64,000 bases of DNA from an uncultured cyanobacterium (GTDB lineage: Bacteria > Cyanobacteriota > Cyanobacteriia > Leptolyngbyales > Leptolyngbyaceae): contig CAVYAN010000041.1 in the NCBI GenBank assembly GCA_963766075.1, positions 33,212 through 97,211 on the forward strand, written 5' to 3'. The notes under the pieces are model-generated. The model did not search any database, was not told where the DNA came from, and saw only the letters and a list, made by a program, of their open reading frames with translations. Positions 55,901-64,000 of this stretch are shown here, piece after piece; within the stretch, counting starts at the first letter, position 1, and each line of letters starts with the position of its first letter. The translations under genes and the position numbers were made by a program.

Positions 55901-56161
55901 CTAACCGCCGCTCACCGGGGGAATGAGGGCAACCTCATCCCCTGGCTGTAACAGCGTTTCGGGAGGGACAAAGTCTAAATTCACCCCAAACCGAGTGACG
56001 TCGCGCCATTGGCCAAGTTGGGGATGAGCTTGGATCAGGCGATCGCGCACCGCCACCACTGCCGTTCCGGCGGGCAAGTCCATCTGGAGTTCGGTAACCC
56101 CACAGGCTTCCTGATAGGCAGCAAAGAGTTTAACTGTTACAGTGACTCTGGATTCGGGCAT
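55901..56161 (-). CDS. moaD: Molybdopterin synthase sulfur carrier MoaD/ThiS
   Basis: VKLFAAYQE...GDEVALIPPVSGG with C-terminal GG; alternative start at 56227. Confidence 0.92.
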   Translation of the reverse strand: MPESRVTVTVKLFAAYQEACGVTELQMDLPAGTAVVAVRDRLIQAHPQLGQWRDVTRFGVNLDFVPPETLLQPGDEVALIPPVSGG

Positions 56162-56380
56162 TTCGATGTTGGATTTTAGAGTTTGGATTTTGGCTTGTGT
56201 CTCTTGTAATTCGCTGTCCCTAGGCATGATCAGCCTCCGGGAATTGGTCCGGGCAGAGATCTGGGCACGGGGTTGTGGTCTGCTGGGGACAGTGGCAGTT
56301 CAGGGACGCTAACGATGTTCGATCTTGAATTCAAGGCTTTGACCTGGACTCGATAACCTTGCTGTTTTTCCTAGATCATC

Positions 56381-57151
56381 ATGCTGGAACTATACCAATT
56401 TGAATTGTCTCACTATGCGGAAAAGATTCGTTTAATCCTGGATTATAAGGGGTTAGAGTATCGCAAAATTGAAGTGACACCAGGGATCGGGCAGATTGAT
56501 TTGTATCGTCTATCCGGGCAGCGCCAGGTACCTGTACTCAAAGACGGCAGTCGGGTGATTGCTGATTCGACAGCGATCGCCGAATACCTGGATAAAACCT
56601 ATCCCGATCGCCCAATTATTCCTACAGAACCCAAACTGCGCGGCTTGTGTCTACTGATCGAACAGTGGGCAGACGAAGTCCTCGGTTGGGATGCTCGCAA
56701 AGCCATGATTGGGGCCATGAACCAAGATGCCAGCTTCCGAACGGCCTTTGTGCCCAGTTCGATTCCGGCCCCGCTGAAGTCTTTGATTGGCGCACTTCCT
56801 GGCGATTTCTTAGGCTCCCTGAATCATGGCGTCGGCCTTGGTCCGGAAGGGGCCAAGCGATCGCTGGCTTACCTCTGTGAAATTCTGCTCACGCAGCCCT
56901 ATCTGGTCACGGATCACCCGACCCTGGCGGACTTTGCAGTGGCAGGGCTGAGTATGTACCTCAAATTTCCAGCGGGTAACTATCTGGATATTCCCGAGGC
57001 GCTGAAGGGTAAAGGCGTTCCTGGCATTGCGGATAGCGCCGTGTTTGAGCCGTTCTTTAGCTGGCGGGACAAGCTGTATACAGACTATCGTCAGGCATCT
57101 GCCACCCCTGCCGCACCGGGGGCAGGGCCACAAGCGATCAGCATTGACTAG
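56381..57151 (+). CDS. Glutathione S-transferase family protein
   Basis: LYQFELSHYAEKIR, QVPVL, DSTAI, PTLADFAVA. Confidence 0.93.
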   Translation: MLELYQFELSHYAEKIRLILDYKGLEYRKIEVTPGIGQIDLYRLSGQRQVPVLKDGSRVIADSTAIAEYLDKTYPDRPIIPTEPKLRGLCLLIEQWADEVLGWDARKAMIGAMNQDASFRTAFVPSSIPAPLKSLIGALPGDFLGSLNHGVGLGPEGAKRSLAYLCEILLTQPYLVTDHPTLADFAVAGLSMYLKFPAGNYLDIPEALKGKGVPGIADSAVFEPFFSWRDKLYTDYRQASATPAAPGAGPQAISID

Positions 57152-57358
57152 CTGTTCCGGCGAGCGGATCACATCCTGTGGTAGAGATGGAGCCTATGGC
57201 GATGCCCCTGACCCGATGGGCAGACTTTATCCGATGGGCAGACTTTTCGCCGTAGGCTGCCACCCCTGAATCTCCAGCCCATGAAATCGCATTTCTCCGC
57301 CGCGTTCGGAAATTCTCCCTGGATCACTGTAGAACACCCTAGCTATTACAGAATCCCC

Positions 57359-57610
57359 ATGCATCAAGAACCCACTCCGACCAACCCCCGGGCGATCGCC
57401 ATTCAGTTTTTATCCGGCGCAGGACTGGCCATGCTGCTGCTCGTGATTCCGGTGTCCTATACGCTCTTCTTTACTCCTGGCATTGGCCTCAGCGCCCTAC
57501 AAATAGGGCTTTCAGTGGGATTCATCCTGCTCTGTGGCGCGCTTTCAGTGATTTGGGGCAATCAAGTGTTAGAGGCATTGTCCAAGCTGTTGGAATCTTT
57601 GCCCGTGTAA
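57359..57610 (+). CDS. Small two-TM hypothetical protein
   Basis: Two hydrophobic helices; start uncertain (57281 or 57359). Confidence 0.65.
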   Translation: MHQEPTPTNPRAIAIQFLSGAGLAMLLLVIPVSYTLFFTPGIGLSALQIGLSVGFILLCGALSVIWGNQVLEALSKLLESLPV

Positions 57611-57720
57611 AGTTTGCCCCTAGTTGAAATCTCAATGAGAAAATTTGCAGTAGAAGGGGGTAAGGCAGGGTTAACCACAAATCCTCTTGCCGCCCTTTGT
57701 TACGTTGTGTGGGGTTTGCC

Positions 57721-59393
57721 ATGCGCCAAGTTGCCCAGAAAAACCAAATTTCCGTCAAAGCCTATGCCGGATCAACGGGAGTTTTGCTGGGCATTACCCT
57801 AGAACCGGAGCGCCGTTCAGGGCTATTGGGATTTGCCATTGCCCGCCGGGATGGTCGGACCGGCAAAAAAGAATGGTTGACAGGACTCCTGGATTTCCCT
57901 GGGAGTGCCCATCCGCCCGGTACGCCGATTCCTAGCAATCGCGCCCCATTACAAAAATTTCGCTGGTCCGATTACCGCGTCTACCCCGGCATTGTCTACG
58001 AGTACACGATCTATGCTGTCTACGGCACTCCTACCAAACTAGAATTGGTCCCTGGACCCACCGTTACCGTCACGACCGCCAGTCCTACGGATGAGCACTA
58101 TGTCCTCTTCAACCGGGCGGCAGCGGCCAGCCAAGCCTTTTCCCGCAAGTTTCCCGAAGTGGAACAGCAACTGGCTGCCGCCCGCAAAGCCAAGCAGGAA
58201 CCGCCACCGCTGTCGCCTGTCGTCCTAGACTGGCTCAGTCGGGGTGTCCTGGAAGAAATTATTGGCGTGATCAACCGGGCTGCTGATGCCACTTGGGGTT
58301 TGGATATTGCCATCTACGAATACGAACTCCCCGCGATCGTGGCAGCGGTAGTGGCAGCCCATCAGCGCGGGGCCCAAGTCCGCATCGTTTACCACGCTAA
58401 ATCCGATGATCCCCAAACGGCTGAAAATATCAAAAATCTGGTAGATTTGCCTCCGACCTGCCTCCGAGGCCGCACCACCAGCAAAATCTTCCATGACAAA
58501 TTCATCGTCCTTAGCCGGATTCAAGCTAACGGCTATAGTCCTGCTGTGGTGCTCTGTGGCTCAACGAATTTCACCCACAATGGCGTCTATCGGCAGGCCA
58601 ACGTGGTGCATCGATTAAACGATCGCGCGATCGCCCAGCAGTACCTGAACGTCTTTAACCTGCTCTTCAGTGGGGCCGATCCCAGCAGCACCCGGCGCTG
58701 GATCAATCAGAATAATCCCCTGCCCAATCCCTCGGCTACCGTTGCAACAAACAGCACTGTCTTTGCTGGGTTCTCGCCGAGATCGGGGGTGGGGATCTGA
58801 CGGGGTTTATCAACCGCATCCAGAGCGCCAGCCAGGATGTCCTCTTCTGTACGGCCTTCGATCTGTATGATCCCTTGGAACAGGCGCTCCTAGGGCAGCC
58901 CCACGACGCCATTCTGCGCTACGGTCTACAAAATAGCCGCAGTCAAATCACGGGCATCCATGCCGATCGCACAGCCGATTTTGTTACCACAGCGATGCTC
59001 TCCGAGGGGTTAGAGGGCTTTCTGAAGGAATCCACCAAGGGACAGAAAGGCAATATTCTGATCCACACCAAGCTGATGATCGTTGACTTCACCAGCGATC
59101 GCCCCATCGTGATCAGCGGGTCCCACAATTTGTCCAAAGTGGCATCCGAAGGCAATGACGAAAACTTTTTAATTCTGGAGGGCAACCTGCATCTGGCCGA
59201 CTGCTACGGCTGCGAACTGATGCGCCTTTATGATCACTATCGCTTCCGGTTTCGGACGAACAATCCTGACCCCCGCCATCCCACCGCGCCCTTAAGCTTG
59301 GTAGCCGATGATAGTTGGACACAGCCTTACTTTGAGGAGGGCAGCTTGAAAGCGCGCGATCGCCAATGTTTTGCCGGGGTTCATGTCCTATGA
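57721..59393 (+). CDS. Phospholipase D superfamily protein with two HKD motifs; apparent frameshift near 58790
   Basis: HDKFIVL...GSTNF in the first ORF, HTKLMIVD...GSHNL...NDEN in the second; a linking frame reads GDLTGFINRIQSASQDVLFCTAF. Confidence 0.85.
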
Positions 59394-59795
59394 CCTCGCG
59401 CTGGGAGCCGATGCTGGGGCCAACAGGTCGGGCATCCGCTCATTTTGTATAGAACGATACAATGGGCGATTACGCAAACTGGTCCACTAGTATGGGACAC
59501 TAGAATGGTCTGCATCTACAATTCTCTGAGAAAAGACCATCTCTTGCTGGCTCACCGCTCCCACCTAGAGGAGTCATTCACCTGCACGCATTGCATCGGA
59601 TTTCTGAGTTTCTGACGCTGAATATTTTACCGTAACGGCTATGTTTACCTCGGTGGCGGCAGCGATCTGTGTTCCTAGCCTTGAGCCACCTTCTCCAGCG
59701 ACTTGTCTGCTCTTTGGCCCGTCTGCTCTCTGGTCCCCATGCTATCCAACATCCTCACGTAATTGGTGCATCGCCCTCCTTCTTAACTGCTTGCC

Positions 59796-61178
59796 ATGTC
59801 AGACCCTTTTAACCCAGACTCTCCTGTAAATTCGGACCATCCGTCCCGCCCGATTGTCATTCTTCGCGGGGGTGGCTTCCAGCAAAACTACGCCTACGAG
59901 GACTTTCTGCGGGACTGCAACACCCTGTACGACTATCTGGCCACCCTCCGCAAAACGATCCCCCAAGCGGAACTGCTGGGTCGGTTTGCGGCCCTGTTTA
60001 TCGATGGCAGCGACTACCCGGAACCGGGTATCCTGGCCACCCTGCACCGCATCGTGACCTCGAAGTGGGCCGATATGGAGTTCGACAACGTCTTGAATCG
60101 GTGCTGCTACATCCTCGTCAACTACTGGTGGTCCAAGTCTGGGCTGGAACAGGGTACACCGCAACTGGTTTCTCTGTTTGATCCCCAGAAGCTAGAGATG
60201 CCCTCTGGATTTACCGACTTCAACGCCACTCATAGGCTGCGCACTCTGGTCAGCCAGTTCGCCCAGACCGAACAGTATGCCGTTTTGCAGGACCGTGCCC
60301 GTACCGTGCTCCACCGCCCTGGAACTCAACCTGTTAGCCAAGTCGCAGGACCTGCCCGCCGGATTCGCGACTTTATCCCACGCTATCCCTTCCTGTATAG
60401 CCATCTGTTCATGAATTGGGATACCAGCGCCGAAGGCCAATACGCCATTAAGCGCCTGCAAATTCAGAAGGAATGCAGCTATGAACAGGCACTGCACCGT
60501 TATGCCACAGGTCTTCTCCGGGGGCAGCGGACGGCTGGAATGCCGCTTGGGGTGGACGATGCCCTCAATCCTACCTTACTGACCAATCAGCAGCTTGCCA
60601 CGGCTATTCATCACTATGCAGGCAAGAGCGACGGGACACGGACTTACCAGGACACGGCCGATCGCCTCTGGTTTGATGTTAAGCGTGCTCCCTCGATGCA
60701 AGCGGCAAAGTGGCAGCTCCACGACTATCTCACGACCTCCATTTCCTCTAAATACGGTAAACACCGCTTTAATGGCTGGCTGCATGAGCGTATGCAGGAA
60801 GTCTATCCTCAATACGACACCCTCAAGCCCAATGCTTCGCTATTGACGCAAACCTGCGTGCATTTGCTGGATGCGCTTTTGGTTAGCCCCCGCCGTCTCC
60901 CCGAAAATCATCTCATTTTCCTAGACTTCAATGCGCATTCCGGTGCGACTCTGACCATGGGCTTTTTGCTCAAAATTATGCTGCTGTGCCGCAGCATGAC
61001 GTCCCGTTGGGATGCCATTAAGTCTCACGTTTCCAAGCAATTCGCCATTCTGTTAAAACATTACGAAGCGGGCATCCATACCGAACTGGAATGGCTGATT
61101 GAGTGCCTAGAAAATCTTCAAATTGCCTTTAGTATCCATTCTGGACGCACGGATTTTTCCTGGGTCAGATTGCTCTAG
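59796..61178 (+). CDS. Hypothetical protein, 460 aa, of a type recalled from cyanobacteria
   Basis: Long uninterrupted ORF; LNRCCYILVNYW, RYPFLYSH, LENLQIAFSIH; no catalytic motif recognised. Confidence 0.8.
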   Translation: MSDPFNPDSPVNSDHPSRPIVILRGGGFQQNYAYEDFLRDCNTLYDYLATLRKTIPQAELLGRFAALFIDGSDYPEPGILATLHRIVTSKWADMEFDNVLNRCCYILVNYWWSKSGLEQGTPQLVSLFDPQKLEMPSGFTDFNATHRLRTLVSQFAQTEQYAVLQDRARTVLHRPGTQPVSQVAGPARRIRDFIPRYPFLYSHLFMNWDTSAEGQYAIKRLQIQKECSYEQALHRYATGLLRGQRTAGMPLGVDDALNPTLLTNQQLATAIHHYAGKSDGTRTYQDTADRLWFDVKRAPSMQAAKWQLHDYLTTSISSKYGKHRFNGWLHERMQEVYPQYDTLKPNASLLTQTCVHLLDALLVSPRRLPENHLIFLDFNAHSGATLTMGFLLKIMLLCRSMTSRWDAIKSHVSKQFAILLKHYEAGIHTELEWLIECLENLQIAFSIHSGRTDFSWVRLL

Positions 61179-61306
61179 CGCATTGCTGCGTGACGGGTTG
61201 CCACAACGGATTGCGAACTACGTCGTGATCCGTCGTGGCATTACAGGACTGATCGGCATAGGCCCGACCATGGGGGCCTGACCGAGTGAGGTCGGAGTTA
61301 CGGCAT

Positions 61307-61534
61307 TTACCGATGGTCGGGGGTAGATCCGCGCATGCCCCGCGAGGCGACGCGAATCACAATGGGGGAGTTACGCAGGGGCACAATGGGACTCCATTCG
61401 CTGGCGGCGATGACGTTGAGGCGATGGAGCAGGTGGATCATGGCTTCGACGGCGGGGGCTTGGCCGCTGAGGGTGATGTTGATCCAGTCGGAACTGTGAG
61501 CCGCTGGGTCGCGGCTCGGGGGTGTCATATTCAT
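61307..61534 (-). CDS. Small hypothetical protein (75 aa) of a cyanobacterial family (..I.LLH.L.....EWSP..P)
   Basis: AAAGGAG RBS 8 nt before the ATG at 61534; ITLSGQAPAVEAMIHLLHRLNVIAASEWSPIVP. Confidence 0.75.
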   Translation of the reverse strand: MNMTPPSRDPAAHSSDWINITLSGQAPAVEAMIHLLHRLNVIAASEWSPIVPLRNSPIVIRVASRGMRGSTPDHR

Positions 61535-61569
61535 GGTTGGGTCTCCTTTGTTTGTTTGTGGGGGAAGAA

Positions 61570-61797
61570 GACCCAAAAACCACAGCCACCCCGAATGCGT
61601 TGCAAAACAGGGTGGCTTGTAAAATGAAACAAGCCGCCATGCTGGAGCTATCAGCTTGGGGGTTAGCGATCGCTTGGTGTTGGTAGCACTGGGCGATCGC
61701 GTTTTAAGACCGAGGTCTTTGGGCGTCTGGGCGAGTGCTAAACCTAAGCGCACTCACCTTAACGCAAGAGAATACCGAATTGCGCCGCACTTTGCAA
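61570..61797 (-). promoter_or_regulatory. Promoter and structured attenuator-like 5' leader of the small gene
   Basis: TTGCAA(61797-61792)-17 nt-TATTCT(61774-61769); 5' hairpin; GGCGGCTTGT/ACAAGCCACC overlaps the terminator-like stem AGCCACCCTG/CGGGGTGGCT followed by GTGGTTTTT. Confidence 0.65.
61631..61705 (+). ncRNA. Putative cis-antisense RNA of about 75 nt
   Basis: -10-like TAAAAT 61620-61625; ends in hairpin GCGATCGCTTGGTG-TTGGTAG-CACTGGGCGATCGC + GTTTT, which pairs fully (3 G-U) only as plus-strand RNA. Confidence 0.55.
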
Positions 61798-61866
61798 GTC
61801 CTATTTTGAGCAAATTTGGGATGGACAGGCATTTCTGCGGGGGTGCCATCCACCGATGGCTTGAGA

Positions 61867-61962
61867 TCAATATTCGAGAACCCGTATTCAATATTCGAGA
61901 ACCCGTATTCAATATTCGAGAACTCATATTCAATATTCGAGAACTCATGAACTCATATTCAA
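61867..61962. repeat. 21-bp tandem repeat, about 4.5 copies
   Basis: Unit TCAATATTCGAGAAC(C/T)C(G/A)TAT repeated head to tail. Confidence 0.92.
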
Positions 61963-61988
61963 GTTGCGCCCAGAGCCTGCGCCTGGAT

Positions 61989-62954
61989 TTAGGCATCTAA
62001 GGGACTGCGCACCCCCAAACCGCCCCGATTGAGCACATGGGTATAGATCATCGTGGTTTTGACATCCTTGTGGCCGAGGAGTTCTTGGACGGTACGGATG
62101 TCGTAGCCGTTTTGCAGCAGGTGGGTGGCGAAGGAGTGGCGAAAGGTGTGGCAGCCGATGCGTTTGTCGATGTTGGCCGCGCGAACAGCAGTTTTCAGCG
62201 CTTTTTGGATGTTGCTGGGGTGAAGATGATGCCGCTGCACGATGGCACTGCGGGGATCGCGCGATCGAGTGCTCGATGGAAAAACAAATTGCCAAATCCA
62301 CTCACGGTCGGCATTGGGGTATTTGCGTGCCAGCGCATAGGGCAAATAGACCGCGCCATAGCCTTGGTCTAAATCTTGCTGATGGGTGCGGCGGACTACG
62401 TTTAAATGCGTTTGCAGCGGTTCAATCAGCCGTGCGGGCAGCATCGTGACCCGACTTTCATTGCCTTTGGCGTCGCGAACGATCAGTTGTCGCTGAGCAA
62501 AATCCAGATCCTTGACCCGCAAATTTAGCCCTTCGCTTAATCGCAGTCCACTGCCATAGAGTAATTGCACCACCAGCCCTTGAACACCAAAAAGCTGTCG
62601 AAAAACCGTCTGAACTTCCGGCGGCGTAAGGACCGTCGGAAGGTAGCGAGAAGATCGCGCTCGGAGGGCATCAATGGTGTCGAGTTCTTGGTGCAGAACC
62701 TGGCGGTATAAAAAAAGAAGCGCGCTGAACGCCTGATTTTGGGTGGAGGCAGTGACTTGCTCTTGAACAGCGAGATGGGTGAGAAACGCTTCGATTTCGA
62801 CCTGGCCCATGTCTTTGGGATGTCGTTTGTTGTGAAACACGATGTACCGATAAATCCATTGAACATAGGTTTTTTCGGTACTGAAAGCATAGTGCTTGAG
62901 GCGGAGCACGTCACGCACTTGGTCTAACAGCTTACGCGGGCGAGGTTCTAGCAT
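61989..62954 (-). CDS. intI: Integron integrase
   Basis: [43 protein letters not shown], plus the IntI-specific insertion [26 protein letters not shown]. Confidence 0.97.
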   Translation of the reverse strand: MLEPRPRKLLDQVRDVLRLKHYAFSTEKTYVQWIYRYIVFHNKRHPKDMGQVEIEAFLTHLAVQEQVTASTQNQAFSALLFLYRQVLHQELDTIDALRARSSRYLPTVLTPPEVQTVFRQLFGVQGLVVQLLYGSGLRLSEGLNLRVKDLDFAQRQLIVRDAKGNESRVTMLPARLIEPLQTHLNVVRRTHQQDLDQGYGAVYLPYALARKYPNADREWIWQFVFPSSTRSRDPRSAIVQRHHLHPSNIQKALKTAVRAANIDKRIGCHTFRHSFATHLLQNGYDIRTVQELLGHKDVKTTMIYTHVLNRGGLGVRSPLDA

Positions 62955-62971
62955 GGGATATCCGTAAATTT

Positions 62972-62985
62972 AGTACTTATGTATT
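62972..62985. promoter_or_regulatory. Possible cyanobacterial LexA box upstream of intI
   Basis: AGTACTTATGTATT versus consensus RGTACNNNDGTWCB (1 mismatch), 17 nt from the intI ATG. Confidence 0.5.
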
Positions 62986-63082
62986 AGATAGTACTCGAAT
63001 TGATTCAGTAATAAGTCTAAAGATTTACGGAAGAAATTGGCGCACGGCTTTGTCCGTAGGATAGGATTTCAGTGAGATTAGA

Positions 63083-63230
63083 GATTCGGCATAACTCCCC
63101 CTATAGAGGTAGATATGCAGAATTGTTTCTGCATAATGTTCTGTAGGGGGTAGATATGCCGAATCTTTCTGCATATCTACCTCTAGGCAGGGAGTTATGT
63201 AGAAAGATTCTCTATAAAGAGTAGTTGTGC
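63083..63230 (+). other. attI region; recombination core GTTGTGC at 63224-63230
   Basis: GTTGTGC is the exact reverse complement of the R'' box GCACAAC of the downstream attC; preceded by repeated ~20-bp motifs. Confidence 0.8.
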
Positions 63231-63317
63231 CGCTTGAGTTCTCGGTGGTGGTGCAGTCGAAATCTCAGTCACTGATAAATTTGAGGTAGAGTGAGGACTG
63301 CCTATATCGTATTGAAT

Positions 63318-63650
63318 ATGTTGATTCCGAATGCAGAAAATGCAGTCGTCGATATTCGTAAACTACGCGGCTACTGCTTGAATTCAGAGCACGACGACGG
63401 AAAGCATAAAGCTCGGCTTTTTTCATCAATTCTTGGCATGACGGCTGATGACGCTGAAGAGTTACGCCAAATTTTGCTAGAAGTTGTCATAATTCATGAA
63501 GCTCAGGTGGGGCTGCAAGATGAGTTTGGGCAGCGCTATACTCTCGACTTCACGATTAAATGGCACAATAGAGGTGCAACTCTTCGGAGTGGTTGGATTA
63601 TCGAGCATGGCTCGGAGATTCCAAGATTAACAACCTGCTATCCTCTGTAG
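63318..63650 (+). CDS. Cassette gene 1: DUF6883-like putative toxin/nuclease
   Basis: IPNAENAVVDIRKLRGYCLNSEHDDGKHKARLF..LG...FGQRY...WII.....PRLTTCYP. Confidence 0.8.
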   Translation: MLIPNAENAVVDIRKLRGYCLNSEHDDGKHKARLFSSILGMTADDAEELRQILLEVVIIHEAQVGLQDEFGQRYTLDFTIKWHNRGATLRSGWIIEHGSEIPRLTTCYPL

Positions 63651-63668
63651 TACTTGGAGGTGATACAA

Positions 63669-63917
63669 GTGACGAAGAACACAGCTAAATTGCTAGATGT
63701 CGTGGCTTTGACAGTTGATTTGCCCGAATACAACCTTTGGTGTGGACAAGTCGGAACTATAGTTGAGCTACTAGCTGATGGTGAAGCGTTTGAGGTTGAA
63801 TTTAGCGATTGGGATGGACGAACGTTTGAGTCCATCGGATTGCGCCCAGAGCAAATCATGGTGTTACATTTTGAGCCAGCATCACCTGACTTGAAGCCTG
63901 AAATGGTTACAGCATAG
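63669..63917 (+). CDS. Cassette gene 2: DUF4926 family protein (putative partner/antitoxin)
   Basis: GGAGG RBS; LLDVVALTVDLPEYNL..GQVGTIVE....AFEVEFSD.DGRT. Confidence 0.88.
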   Translation: MTKNTAKLLDVVALTVDLPEYNLWCGQVGTIVELLADGEAFEVEFSDWDGRTFESIGLRPEQIMVLHFEPASPDLKPEMVTA

Positions 63918-63921
63918 CGCA

Positions 63922-64000
63922 GCACAACAACGCTGTTGCAACGGACGGTGTTCAAACTCTGGAAATGACTCGAAAACTTGTGCCGCCGCTGAACAGCAAC
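63922..64000 (+). other. attC of the first cassette; R' box lies just beyond the window edge
   Basis: R'' GCACAAC, L'' GCTGTTGCA with an extra G, L' TGAACAGC ending at 63997. Confidence 0.85.

Noticed and set aside
61535..61753. 73-aa N-terminal extension of the small gene in the ORF track
   Set aside because: A strong RBS sits before ATG 61534, and the upstream region is better explained as a structured RNA leader
61867..61962. CRISPR array near the integrase
   Set aside because: Head-to-tail repeats with no unique spacers

Overview
Chromosomal window from a cyanobacterium: the HIP1 octamer GCGATCGC is abundant, and chlI, a cyanobacterial-type sppA and a coaR/coaT pair are present. The backbone is housekeeping and signalling genes (aroH, aspS, ilvC, ruvC, chlI, ispF, lipA, gpsA, rfbB, moaD, cax, GH57, and a 2355-aa Ser/Thr kinase-AAA-GAF-PAS-histidine kinase next to a REC-GGDEF*-EAL protein). 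Three accessory areas stand out. (1) 18.5-22.1 kb is a decayed toxin-antitoxin island with two MITEs, an IS1595 fragment, an intact IS630 and an isolated integron attC site. (2) 42.5-52.5 kb holds an orphan extended HicB, a CHASE2-like kinase/NarL pair, an RTX protein and a NACHT-HEAT protein. (3) 61.3-64 kb holds an integron (intI, attI, a first two-gene cassette, attC cut by the window edge) and, just downstream of intI, a small unknown gene. Its leader has the layout of an antisense-RNA-controlled attenuator, with a UUGGUAG loop and overlapping terminator/antiterminator stems; this is the best candidate for an undescribed system. Several apparent frameshifts, including one in essential aspS, sit at HIP1 sites or homopolymers and are probably sequencing artefacts. 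No tRNA, rRNA or CRISPR array was found. Family names come from motif recognition by eye, not from database searches.
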